Of a stretch of DNA of 64,000 nt, positions 28,760 through 41,400 are shown piece by piece. A program made the position numbers and the translations under genes. This DNA comes from Lingula anatina (taxonomy: Eukaryota; Animalia; Brachiopoda), in NCBI GenBank assembly GCA_051362555.1, contig CM120647.1, positions 7,812,001 through 7,876,000 on the forward strand, read 5' to 3'. The notes beneath the pieces were generated by a model that was not told the DNA's origin, did no database searches, and worked only from the letters and a program-made list of their open reading frames with translations. Position 1 is the stretch's first letter. The number at the start of each line of letters is the position of its first letter.

Positions 28760-29090
28760 ATGATGACTCTTTAATTGGTAACATTATACCCAAAATATCA
28801 CATGTTAATTACAATTTACGAATGACACGAAAATAAATAGCGAATATTTTGTATCATTTGCAAGTCTGTTGTGTGTGGGGGGGAGGGGGGCTTCACGCAC
28901 ACACATAAAATACAGAAAATGAAGATGGGTTAAGTGGTTAAGTGATTACTGCTTAATTGGTAACATTATACCCAAAATAACACATGTTAATTACAATTTA
29001 CGAATGACACGAATATAAATAGCGAATATTTTGTATTCTTTGCATGTCTGTGGTGTGTGGGGGGGAGGAAAGGAGGGGCTCCGCGCACAA
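28760..29090. repeat. tandem duplication of an ~178-bp unit
   Basis: TTAATTGGTAACATTATACCCAAAAT..CACATGTTAATTACAATTTACGAATGACACGAA..AAATAGCGAATATTTTGTAT present twice. Confidence 0.9.
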
Positions 29091-29404
29091 TTTATGTTAG
29101 AAAATGAAAAAAATGAAAGGAAAAAATAAGCTTGAACGTTTACCTAAACGTGAAAAAATACAGCTTTGACCCGTTTCAGCATGCGTCTTTAGTACTTCAT
29201 TAGCAAAGAGAAAATGCTGGTCTACTAAGAACACATTTCGTTAATTTCTACATTACATTTATAAAATTAAATTAAAATAAATTGTTCCACTCCTTGTTTA
29301 TCTAGTGTGAAAGTAACCTAGAAATGAGACAAACTTGTGACCCAGTTGTCGGTCCCAAATTTTCATGTGAGGCACACCTCAGGTAGTGCTACTGCAGTCA
29401 ATAT

Positions 29405-31191
29405 TTACTGTTTCCTACCTGTGTAGGAACATAAATGTGACAAAATGGTGACAAGCTTCATGGTTATTCGTATTTGATGAACATTTTTTAGAAATTAACC
29501 ATTATTCGGGTAAAGAGAACCAACGCGAAGGGATGTTATAGAGAATTAAGACGCAATAACTTAGGTTTTTGACTCCATTTAAAAACGCGTTCAGAGCAAA
29601 AAGTGGGTGCAAGGAATGTCAAAAACGATAAACGGGGTAATTGTAAACAAGTTAAATTCTCATTTTATGCCGTTAAGAAAAACGTTTTATCTAATTGCCC
29701 CAACGCACTGAACCAAGAAAATGTCTCATCTTTATTGGCGTGCATTAGATAAAAGATTCTGTGACAAAACAGGTATGTTTTTGTTATTGAGAATTTGGAT
29801 TATGGAATATAGATGTTAGCAAATTTCTGTTACCGAGGGCTACAGCTCAGCATTACCCAACCATAGCTGAAATGAAGAATAATGACGTCAGCACATGTGA
29901 TTTGAGCGACCGAAAGGGCTGTACACGTTTTACTTCTTTATAATTTTTGTTTGTATGTCTGCTTTTGTTCTGGCATATTGGCCACGGGGGATCAAGTCTA
30001 AAACGTTTAGTTCTCAGATTTCAATATTCAATACAGCAGATAAAATAATGAATAAATTAGAAGATAAATTAATACATGAATGAAAATTAAAATAAATTGA
30101 AATAAATAAAATAAATAAAGTTATTAATTAATACTTACTATTTGATGTTTGCTGCGAAAGCTGGTTAAACTTCACCAAAAGGTCGTCGTACTTGGTTTGA
30201 AGGTCTCTCAGATTTGCCCTGAACTCATTCTGCAGGGCCGTCATGGCGGAATGCATCGTCTTCGCCAGTGTATGTGTAGAGCCACACTTGATCGAGACCG
30301 GGTTACTCATAGACGGAGGTTCACGACTGGAAATAATACGATACCGGAGTTTTACGTAACTAAATATATGAAATGTATGAAATAAAAATGCAATGCATGG
30401 AGAAAGGATAGATGTTTTTAGGTTAATAGAATCGGTTGATAAAAATTCAGTTCTTAAGCATGTGAACGCGTTGTATTATTTAAACTTAAGTGCAATCAAT
30501 TCATTATTGGCAACCAGTTAATACATTTCTGGCCAACCGACTTGATTGCAGATTTCTGGTGAAAGGACTCCTGGACTAACACATAAACAAGAGGATAACA
30601 ATTTACAAATGTAACGCAGACGGTTACATGTATAAGCCACCCCCTAAATCTTGAGCACAAGCAATATCGGCGTCAAGATCATGAAGATAGTGCACTTACT
30701 TTATAAGGTGTCTCCTACTTCCCCTCTTGCCCCCCCCCCAACCAAAGTTAAAAAAAATATTTTAAATTGCCTTAATATTTTAAATTAACCTAGTGAAGTT
30801 TTCCCTTATTGCTCTTCTCCCCACCTTCCACAATAACAAAATTTTGGATCATGATCGCCCCCTTCTGCCCCCCCCCCCCCCACATGTACAGTACCCCCCC
30901 CCCCCCCAAAAAAAAAAATAATAATAAAAAATCATAACCAGTGCCGAGGATTTTATAACTGAGGATATAACCGAGGAATTTATTTTAAAACTGTCCTCGC
31001 CCTATAGAACCTTTCCCTTTGTGCCCCCCCACCCCAGCCAAAAAAAAATAATAATAATAATAAATAATCAACCGACCACCTTGGATCCACCAGCGACAAG
31101 TTTAATGAAATCTATAATAATTCACCCACCGTTCTAACCCGTAGGAGAGGGCAACAAAGCCAACCAGAACCAGAACAGCGATCCATGACAT
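29405..31191 (-). CDS. secreted single-Cys coiled-coil peptide, paralog 1 (~86-87 aa): MSWIAVLVLVGFVALSYGLER-REPPSMSNPVSIKCGSTHTLAKTMHSAMTALQNEFRANLRDLQTKYDDLLVKFNQLSQQTSN..
   Basis: exon 31191-31130 (signal peptide, CG|GTGGGT phase 2), exon 30326-30139 (TTTCCAG| acceptor, A|GTAAGT donor), tentative last exon 29418-29405 giving SRKQ*, or read-through to stop at 30128 giving SKY*; colinear with the plus-strand paralog. Confidence 0.8.
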
Positions 31192-31199
31192 CTTGCTTG

Positions 31200-33055
31200 G
31201 CTGCCTGAACAGATCAATGTGTTCGTCGCCGACTGTTAGGGCACGGATCGCGATAGTAAGGTAATGGGTACAAACAGCTGGTGAGGTTCAGGAATTAAGA
31301 ACGACCACGGTATTTTGACTTAAATCAAACACGATGGCGAACATATGAGGTAACGGAACAGTGGCAGACTTAGAAAAGGTACTCGGGGGGGGGGGGGGGG
31401 GATTACTGGGCATGTTGAAGGCCTAAAGCAAGCACGATGTTCTCCGACTGCTCTGTACCTGAAGAAAAAATAAAGGACTTTCCCTGGGCGAAAAGGAAAA
31501 GGTTGACAAATTATAAAGATTCTTAAAACATGATTTTCAAAAATCTCGGGGAGGGGAGGGGAGGGGCTGTATTTCATTCTTAACTGATTTAAAAAGCGAA
31601 TTGTATTTTTAAATTAAAATTGACGTCATAACAGGAGCGTGTATAAATGGGTTCACACTCTAGACATATTTAAATAGCGTCACCACAGGGATATTAAATT
31701 GGCGTATCAGTTAACCTAAAAAACAGTAAGTTATTTAAACTATGTTCCGCAAATGATGATTTTGATTTTAACCAATGTTTTTAAATATTCATAACTATGC
31801 AGTTTAATCCAAGCGGAGAAGGTGGTTCACCTCGACATGCCTTTGCCCTCTGGCAAATAGATTACTGATGCGTAATCATGGTACTAAGTGACGTCATTAT
31901 AACCTGGACTACATGTAATTCCGGTGCAGTTGGGATACGACGGCAAGATTGTTACGTATGTGCTAATGTATCCAGTAACGCGCTTCTCTCTTCGCGTTCC
32001 GGTAATGTCCCGGAATGCTGGCGCTCATTCCAATATAATAATAACAATATACGGCCCCGTAGCCATCTATTTCCAAGGAGAGGATTCTTTTTTATGAAAA
32101 AGGAGACGAATATTACCCAAAAGTGCAATTTTTCCCGACAAAAATGGCAGTTCGTAAGAACCCAACGATCAGCCCCCCGACTACGTGCCTGATAAACCAA
32201 AACTAGCGGCTCCTCTCTGTTAAAAAGTTGAAATTTGCATGAACATACACTTGAACTATTGTAAAAAAAGTATATAAATCATATAAATTAGCAAACATAA
32301 CCTTTAATAACTATTTTCAATAATCTTCCGCACTGGCTAGATAGGAGCGCTTGTATTGCGCTGACTAGATGGGATGACGGTATATGAATGCGGTGAACGT
32401 CACAAGTGCGCACAAACCGATGACGTATTAATCTAGCCGGCGTATCTCACAGGCAACGGAAACTCTCTAGTACTGATTTATGGCCTGGTTTTGGCTGATT
32501 GAACGCACCTGCAGACCACATGACAGGTGGCTTGGAATTATGGGACAGGACGTTAACTCGTGTTGGGTCAAGGTCGATTTCTTAAATTTTGGTTTTATCT
32601 TTCAGTTCTATTTATGTATAGGCCTATGTTTATTCACGTCAAATATACTATTCGTATACTATTCATTCATATAAAATTTAATTTACAAATGTTAAAGTAA
32701 TATGAGTGGATGAAATCAAATAAGGGCACAATGCACACTCAGGTCGAATCGCTCTTATCTTTCTAGATATCGAAAGCCACCACAGAACAGCACATTTGGC
32801 ATTTGGTGGTGAATAAGCTACGTCCTTATCTGATGCTTTGTCTATCAAACTCACTTCTTGGCGTTAAATTAAAATAAAAAAGGCATATACACACTATATT
32901 TGGGTGTGCGTGTGCACTGACACGAACGCACAGAAATGTAAGTCAAAATGAGGATTAAGTGTTAAACCCGATAGCCTTGCAGGTGCCTCTTTTCACGCAC
33001 AGCTTATGAAATGATGATCAAATATTCACCATATTTCTGGCTTCAGCCCCTCAGG
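31200..33055. promoter_or_regulatory. intergenic/5' region of the divergent gene pair (putative bidirectional promoter)
   Basis: palindromic CRE TGACGTCA at 31621 and 31889, TATAAA near 31642, ETS-like TTCCGG/CCGGAA near 31919, 31997 and 32010. Confidence 0.4.
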
Positions 33056-33059
33056 TAAC

Positions 33060-33472
33060 ATGGCGCGATATATACTGCTTGTTTTGGTTGCCTTGTTTGC
33101 TTTCACTTGCGGACTCGAACGGTGAGTAATGAGTAATAATATTGAGTCTGATTAGACTGTTTTTAAATGAACAAGTAACAGAGAAGAAATACATTACTTA
33201 ATTCATTCTTAATCGCTTTGCCCTATTTGAAAGAAGCATTGCGGTACTCTTTATATCCCCTATGACAAAAAATGAATTAGCAACTGTAAGAAAAGCAGTT
33301 ACTGACAAATTGTTAATTTATAATATCTAAATATGTCTTGATTTTTCCACTTGACCACCAGCCCAATTCCTCTTTTTTTTTACTTACCCACCCTAGCCTC
33401 AGAAATGCCTGGTCAGCTTGTTGTCAAATTGTTGAACGCATTGTTCATTGAACAGAAATGTTATTATTATTA

Positions 33473-33507
<35 letters not shown>

Positions 33508-33821
33508 GAGGTAATTGTGACTTAAAAGTTCACTTTTTCCTGTGGCATGACCCATCATTTATATATTTTTTTTTTCGTTGTATAAATATTTAAAATTTAT
33601 TACCATTATCATACATGTATTTCTGTAGGCGGGAGCCCTGGTCCATGACCCATGCTGTCTCCATAGCTTGTCCGACCACAGAGAAGGTGATGAGGCAAGT
33701 ACAAGCGAGTATTGACGCAATGCGCACCGACCTCAGGGCGAACATGAACAGCCTCAATTCCAAATACAACACCATGGTAACCAAGCTTGACCAGCTTTCC
33801 AAGCAGAGTACTGGGGTGTAG
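33060..33821 (+). CDS. secreted single-Cys coiled-coil peptide, paralog 2 (~84 aa): MARYILLVLVALFAFTCGLER-REPWSMTHAVSIACPTTEKVMRQVQASIDAMRTDLRANMNSLNSKYNTMVTKLDQLSKQSTGV*
   Basis: exon 33060-33121 (signal, CG|GTGAGT phase 2), exon 33629-33821 (TTCTGTAG| acceptor); probable downstream exon from 34111 with AATAAA near 34217; an alternative donor at 33817/33818 would change the C-terminus. Confidence 0.82.
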
Positions 33822-34645
33822 GTCAGTAAGCCATGTTCCGTTAATATATTTTTGTTACAATACAAATCACCAGTCAACGTAGAAATTTATCAATTTATCT
33901 ATAAGCTTCGTCACTCGTTTGTATATATATATGGTCAGCGAAAAATTGTGAAATTTGATTTGGGAACTGATATTTACAAAGACGTGTTGAAAAGAGAGAA
34001 AGAGAGAGAGAGAGAGAGAGACTGTAATTTATTTATGTAAGCACTTAATGCTAAAAGTAACAATGTAAATCACATACTTATGTGCCTATTGTATTCTTTT
34101 TTTTTTTCAGATGTCGACTGCGAAAGGCCCCTCTTTGTATGCAGTTACCAAAAAAAGTGTTTTTTTTTTCTCCTTTTTCTGTTCGGAAATTGCTTTATAA
34201 TTTTGTTTTATTTGGAAATAAACAATAGCTGATTCAAGTTAAGTATTCTTTTATCACTACAATGTCGGAGTGATGGTATGTGTAAAGCATATACATTTTT
34301 CACCACAAAAAGAAGCCTACTTCCCAAAACTTAAAGAACCGTAAAGACTTAAGTCCCACTTCAAGTACCTACTTAGTAATGGTATTGTTTCGTGAGCAGC
34401 TATTATGGGATCTGGGATCTGTGAAGATATCCATATTCTATACCACGTACTCAGAGAAAGAATATGCACCCCCTCAAATATGATTTTCCACAGTGATTTC
34501 CATAGAAGTAAAAAAAAAGCTATTGAATTTAAAAGACGCCATAGAATGTCATCAAATAAGCACAAAAAGCTTCAAATGTGCTCTTTAAAAGTCACGGGAG
34601 TGTGGGCATGCACCGCGTCTACGGCGTACTGCCATTATGAGTGAG

Positions 34646-34742
34646 ATAATACACTGTCACCCGAGCGATATATGCCATAACACCTCGAGCGTCAGCGAGA
34701 GGTGTTCATGGCATATATCGCGAGAGGGCGACAGTGTATTAT
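34646..34742. repeat. ~97-bp near-perfect palindrome, probably the end of a non-autonomous element
   Basis: ATAATACACTGTCACCC..GCGATATATGCCAT.AACACCTC / GAGGTGTTCATGGCATATATCGC..GGGCGACAGTGTATTAT. Confidence 0.85.
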
Positions 34743-36062
34743 TTGACATACATACCGGGTAAAATTACAGCCATTTCATTCTAAAGCACCCCTAAAACCG
34801 AATAAAGTGACCCTATATCACGCTCTAGAGATGTTATATGAAATAAACTCGTCTACGTGCGCTGGTCACCTCCCGCCAAATTCTTACGTAATGTCTGACC
34901 AATTTGGTCAATTTTTGCTAAATACTTGTCATGGACGTTCAACTGGCGTGAAAAGTATTTAATCAATCGTCGACACTGACCATACGCGTCTCAGCTGAGC
35001 CACACCTAGCTGGACCTGCTGCAGAAAAAGGTCCCAAGGCAAAACCTCTACTTTTAAGTGACATTTCTGATAAACAAGGAGCGTCAGACCTGAATATAGT
35101 CAAACTAATTTTTCACAAGTGCAAAGGAGAAAGAAATTTACTTTTTGGTGATATTTCTGACAACGAGGCAGTTTCGGAATATAGTCAAAATCAAACGGAT
35201 GTGTATTACAAGGCCACAGGAGTAATAATTCTACGTTTTGGTGACATTTTTTACTACGAGGCGATTTCGGAATATACATGTGCTTGTTTCAGAGCATGGA
35301 GCATGCTACATGTAATTACAAGTTCAAAGGGGGAAAATATTTGATATTTACCGATATATCTGATAAAGAGGAAGAATGAACAGCAAAAAAACAAAAGGTA
35401 AATAACACAGCCCTCGTTAAAAACTTATAGATTTACAAATAATTTCTACGCACGTGTGGCTTAAATGTAAACTAATTCCCGTTTTCAAACCATATCCATA
35501 TGATATGAATTAGTGTAATAAAATTATAAATAATAATTGTTAAACGTGAAATGTTTATGCAAATTTTTAAGAGTGTGAGAGATTTTAAATTTGTCTACTG
35601 GTAGATATATAACGCAAGCAACGTCACTATTCTCTTGATGCCAAGAAGGTCTCATGATCAATCTGTCTGTGACTTCCAGCATTTAAGAGACCTCGACTGA
35701 TTCAACCTAGATGTAGTCGTGAAATTCTAGACTACATCGAGGTTAAATCCGAGTTTTCCGAGAGACGCTACGCAAAGATATTTTTGGGTAGCGGCTCGAG
35801 GTTGCCCTCGATCTTCACTGAAGCTTGTCTAAATGGACAGGCTTCAGTGATCATCATATCGCCAAGGTCACACAACATCCCTAGGTATGTATCTCATGTA
35901 GGCGGTGCGACATGCCTCCAACAAGGTAACAAGTCTGTTTTGTTGGGTATTGTCCCATTCTTCCAGAAGATCGAGACTGTCGGAGCTGCCTCATTTTATA
36001 CAAATAAGAGTTAGTATAAATGCAAATTTTGCATTTCTTAATTTTTTCATTTGACCTTGGAA

Positions 36063-36107
<45 letters not shown>

Positions 36108-36442
36108 TGTAAAATTTAGCTCTTCCAAATTTTAATATTGAGCTACTTGAATTAAAGGAAGTTTGCAGGTGCATCGAGATTTTTAATGGAATAAGCTTTT
36201 AAGAATGATTTATTATTAATATTATTATTGTTATTATTTTTATTGTTATTATTATTATTATATACCGACCATTTGATGACCTTTGCCCCATAAAAGTGCA
36301 CATAACTAACCAGAGACATATCTATGAATATTTAGTGAAAATCAAATATGGTACAGGGAAGATTTCATTGTCTATATATCTCATAACTTCAGAGAGTCCG
36401 TTTATGTAAAAAAAGTGTGCTCGATAAAATATTTATCATTAA

Positions 36443-36732
36443 AGGGATAACAACTCTTTTTCAAAATAAATACATTATAAACAATTCAAAGAAATATAAT
36501 AAATTCCATTTAACCACCAAAACGGTGGTTAGTGCAGTTATTCTGGAATCTGTGCTTGCCATCAGACCACGTGACCTCCATAGATTTCTTAAGAGATATT
36601 ATTAAAAAACACTTTTTTGGAGCAAAAAAAACCGTAGACTGATTCATTAACTATTGGTATATTGGTATCAATGACAAAATTGTTGTATGTCCCAGGAAAT
36701 CTTTTCTAAACCGAAATGAACAGTTGTTATCC
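36443..36732. mobile_element. second copy of the TTAA-flanked MITE
   Basis: TTAA|AGGGATAACAACT...AGTTGTTATCC..TTAA; internal similarity to 9990-10359. Confidence 0.65.
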
Positions 36733-37427
36733 ATTAAATGTAATATTTATTCCACTTCCTGTAGATCTACATTTAGAAATGTAATATACTAAGTATAAGC
36801 CTTTACACTCATCTTTTCGTTGCAAAATAAATACTTTTAATAACATTATTAATTTAGGTATCCAGGCCTATATTACCTAACAATCTTGAACATTTTAAAA
36901 GCTCATTGGTTCCAAATGCTGGGCGCTTTCCCTGTCCAAAAAGTTTTATTTTGCGTATTTATATGTGTTTTTCTTTATTTATCTATTTCCTCATTAATTT
37001 CTTTTTGTTTATTTGTGTTTTATAGTGTAAGAATAATTTATTTTTGTTTATTTGTGTTTTATAGCGTAAGAATAACATCTCTTTTGACATAAATGTATAA
37101 ACAACAAGATGAAATATTTTTATAAAAATAAGAAATAAAATATATAAAGCAAACGAATATATTCATTTTAGCGAACATTTAATTTCTTAATATACATCTG
37201 TCTGTCAGTCCCCAGTAAAGACAAAGTTCGCACATTTAACGAAAGCATTAATGTATAGAATGTGAATTAATGTTTGGTACAACACAGTGTTTTTCAGCGG
37301 TTATTGCAGTGGGATTTTACAGAAAATTTTAAAACACCAATAATAGATCACCATGGTATTACTATAGTTTTTATAGTATGTCCCAATGAGGTTTTGGTAT
37401 TTCTAGTTTCGGCCGTGTCACATTCTT

Positions 37428-38873
37428 TTATTCTGAAAAATAAAAAGAATATATGTATTTTTTTATAATACATGTATTATCGCAGCTTAATTTTAGTTCA
37501 ATTATCTTAGAATAAATTTTAGCTGTGAAAAAAGTCGTGAAACGAACAACTATTTTTTCGTCATAAGGGTCTCTTATGTGTGACATAACACCGATTTACA
37601 TTTAAGTGCATTTTTATTTTATAGTTTTAATACCATGATAATAAACAAGCATGTAGAATACTCAATAAGACAGCTTCTATAACGTACGTTTGCTGTTGGT
37701 TATAGAGGACGCAAATTAGATAGCCAAATTTGGCAGGGCAACAGTGGTTATCTATTTATCTTCATCGATGTAGAAATGGTTAAGAATCAGACTTCACAGA
37801 AGAGGCAATAACAATTGGTAAGTCACGCGAAACAAACAGAATGGGGAGGGCACTGTTTTCAGTATGTGTTAAGAAGAGAGGTAAAGACCGATATAATAGA
37901 ATATATTAGTTCCCCAGATAAGACTTAACTGGGATAAATGTAAGATAATATAGTTATGGTTTTCATGAAGAGTGAATTGACTCTCAACATACTTTTCCCA
38001 ACCACAGGAAAACATTCGACGTACGGGTTACCATAGTACCATGGCGGACACAGACATTGCCACTTTGGTCGTTTACAGGCTCCGTTATATCGAACCTGAA
38101 AGTCGGGTTCAAACCTCACGCATACCGCGTTTTTGCCACAGAAAGGCGGCTTTGTGTTGCCTGCTAAAATGAAAAACAAACAAGATTCAATATCTCACTG
38201 TATTATTTGAAAAACTGGCTAGGTGCAAATTAAGAGAGCATTCACACCCAGTTGATCCATGGACTAACTGATCCGCGGGTAAAATATGACCCGAAAGCGT
38301 GACGAAATTTAATTGCTCTGCCCATGCTGGGACAGCACACTTGGGAGTCGGGAATACATTGTCAAGTGCGCGCCATTTTTGATCCGTGGTCTAGTAAATC
38401 CACGGATCAACTAGTTCAAAATATGTCAATACTATTCCTTGAGCTTTCTAAAGGTCCTCTATGGGTTACATGCTATCTACATGTAGGTACAAGAAGGTTG
38501 TAAAACCTAATAGAAATACAATAAATTCCATTTTTTTTTATTTGTGCTAATAATGTTTTAAGAGATTATGACAAAAACCAAACTCATAAAAAAGAACTTG
38601 GACAAACTTTGAATGTCGGCACATGTTCATTTATCATTGGTAAGCATGGGGAAATCGTTGTTATCCCCAGGAAATCTGCTTTGTGCCACTTTTCTCGCAA
38701 AATTGAACAGTTGAAAGCATCTTTAGATCAATGCCATTCACGAAAGAAGATCAATTTTAAAGAAGCTATATTTCCATTTTGATATCAAGTAATTTTTCTT
38801 TATACTTGCTCGTGTAAAACTTACCCACAAACAGCAAACTTAGGCACAGGGCAACAATCAAAAACGTCTTCAT
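37428..38873 (-). CDS. EGF-like Cys-rich secreted peptide A1 (74 aa): MKTFLIVALCLSLLFVAGNT-KPPFCGKNAVCVRFEPDFQVRYNGACKRPKWQCLCPPWYYGNPYVECFPVVGKK*
   Basis: exons 38873-38825 (G|GTAAGT), 38163-37993 (NAGNAG acceptor, A|GTATGT), 37432-37428 (TTTTTCAG|AATAA); phase-1 introns; TATAAATA at 38981-38974. Confidence 0.9.
38236..38416. mobile_element. short palindromic MITE in intron 1 of A1
   Basis: CAGTTGATCCATGGAC..GATCCGCGG versus CCGTGGTC..TCCACGGATCAACTAG; homologous inverted copy at ~61450-61628 in A4 and a remnant near 50001 in A2. Confidence 0.6.
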
Positions 38874-38973
38874 CTTTTCCCTGAAGTTTTTTTAACCGTT
38901 AATTATTTCTCCCCTTTGCAGTGCAAACTTAAACCCGATTTGGCTTATTTGAAGAGTTTTTAGAGGGAACTCG

Positions 38974-39100
38974 TATTTATACCAACTAATACGGTATAAT
39001 TACATAGTAGATAATGATATGAGATAGTAAAACGTAATCTGATTGGACTAATTTCAAGTCCATTATCAAGGTGCGTCAGCACACAGTTAAAAAAACATCA
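38974..39100 (-). promoter_or_regulatory. A1 promoter: TATA box plus conserved upstream block
   Basis: TATAAATA ~100 bp upstream of the ATG; block GTAATCTGATTGGACTAATTTCAAGTCCATTATCAAGGTGCGTCAGCACACAGTTAAAA shared by all four A genes. Confidence 0.7.
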
Positions 39101-39860
39101 ACCTAAGGTGCCTGGAATTTGGGCATGTCTTTAATACTGTCAAGGTGATGACAGGTGCAAAAAGTTCACCAGGGGGTTGTAAATTTGATTTTTTCGATGT
39201 CAATTCATGGCATTTATCTGCTGAAATAATGATAAAAAACGTTTTGTATTCACATAAGGTCGAAAATCGTGTTTATATTCCAGTGGTATCTAATATTAAG
39301 TACGCGGTATCTTATTTTTCACTGAATATTATTAGGGGAGGGCTTTTCTAGCTTGCTCTTGACAATGTAATACCAGAAAAGTGATTAACAAATGAACAAT
39401 ATGCTTTAACCCTTAATGCTGAGTGTGCAGATACAATAGATAGATAGATAGATATACATGTATAGATAGATAGATCTTATTAATCTGTTTTATGGGGGAC
39501 ATAGAGAGAGAGAGAAAAGGGCATTTGGAAATATCCCATGATTTTAATTAAGAGCACTGCTACAGCTTATTTATTTCTTTACTATTATATTTCATAAATG
39601 GAATATCCCTAGTCTTTTTTCTGAAAACTAAATGTTTACTTTATCACATAAGCACGATATCAAAGTAGAAGATTATTTCATTTAAGCAAAAATTCGCGTA
39701 ATCCAACAGGACTTTCTTAGATAACGATTTACTTGTGTGTTACACGCTTTTAATTTGGTTTAATGTCCCTCACTCTACACGAAACTTCAAAGGTATTGAC
39801 AATTTCACTGGGACGATTTGTGTTGCAACTAATGACATTGTCCCCTTAATTAGATAAAAA

Positions 39861-41400
39861 GTGAATGTCAAATATAACAGAATAAATGAATTGAACAACC
39901 ATAACCGCTTCCAGTACACATATATTATCTACTCCATCCCTGGAAACTTCACAAACAGATCCGTGTGTATAGAATTTGAATCAATTTTGTCTTTCTTAAT
40001 GATTGTGGCAGTGGGATTTTACAGAAACGTAACGCACATAATAGATCACCGCAGCCTTTTTATCACTCGTAACTTGCCATTATGAAACTATTTGTGGTTT
40101 TGAACGTGTCACGTGGTACGGCTGTACGTCCGTTTAAAAACAAAAAAAAAAAAAAAACAAACAAATGAACAGATTTTAATATATATTTGTGTCAATTTGC
40201 TTATCTTAAAACACAAAAATTAATTGGACTGTGAAGAATGTCGTGGTACAATGCAAATTACTACATCTGTTTGTCTTCGAAGTTTCTCCTATATATGAGT
40301 TGGGCATCGGCCTAACGCCATTGCTTAGACGTTGTACACGTACATTGTGATGTACGAGAAGGCATTTTATTACCTTCCTAATTTGCTGAACAGAATTTGA
40401 ATTACAAAGCAAGTGTGTGGGCACCAGAGACAGTTAAATTTGACAGTTACAATTAGATACATTTGAATCAAAATCAAACCTGTAAAAAAGTAACATGGAA
40501 TTAAAGAAACGTTAACTATAAATATAGAATCATTTTCACCAATCACTTTATTATCAGTTATAGAAGGACTAGCATTTGGGTCCAAAACATAGCCGTAGAC
40601 CACAAAAACAACATGTGGAATAATCTCGCAGTCACCCTTGAACTCAGAATTTCATACATTTGACAAATGAATTCTTCTGAAAAATTTGTATTTATCCAAA
40701 GTGTCAGTTTTTCTTAATGACAACAGCGGTGTATGTGGATTTGTACAGAAATTAAAAGCTAATAACGTTTCTTTGTCGCATTTTTTTCGTCCGCAGTCTC
40801 CCTTCATGACGCCGTACATGGCTTGGATCCTGTCATGTGATACGCCTTTCCATCCCTCTTTTAAAAAAAATGACACAAAATAAGATTCTTGCTACAAAGT
40901 TGTGGAATATTCAAATAAAATGGAAAAACTGTGTGTAGCACATTGTCAGAGCAAGCGTACAGTACTCTCTACTAGGTCTTCTGACTGATTTTTCGATAGA
41001 TATTCACAGATAATGCCTCTGGTTAAATATGTTTAATCTTCTAACAGGTGGAAAATGTGCCTATAATATCTGCCGCCCTGGTAGAGGGTAGGCCAAGCGT
41101 GGAAACATGCAGCATTCAACCAGCTAATTATATAGAAATATAAGAAGGCATTATCACCCTTCCCAATTAGCTGGACAAAATTTGAATCGCAACTGCACAC
41201 GTCAAAGATGAAAGCATTTTAAAAAGCGTTTAACATCACATTCTACTCCATTTTGTCAAACATGGTGTAAGACAAAAACCACTTAATGCGCAACAGTCTA
41301 ATACTTCGTTCCGCTTACCCAACTTGAACATCACTAAACCTTGGCCCACATTTCGTCCACGGTTTAACAGGCAATAATAAATTCATGTATCAAGCCATGT
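39861..41400 (-). pseudogene. orphan duplicate of the 3' intron/UTR segment of a B-type gene, with no coding exon
   Basis: colinear with 41420-42810 and 51540-52970; includes a copy of the terminal-exon-like sequence. Confidence 0.55.
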
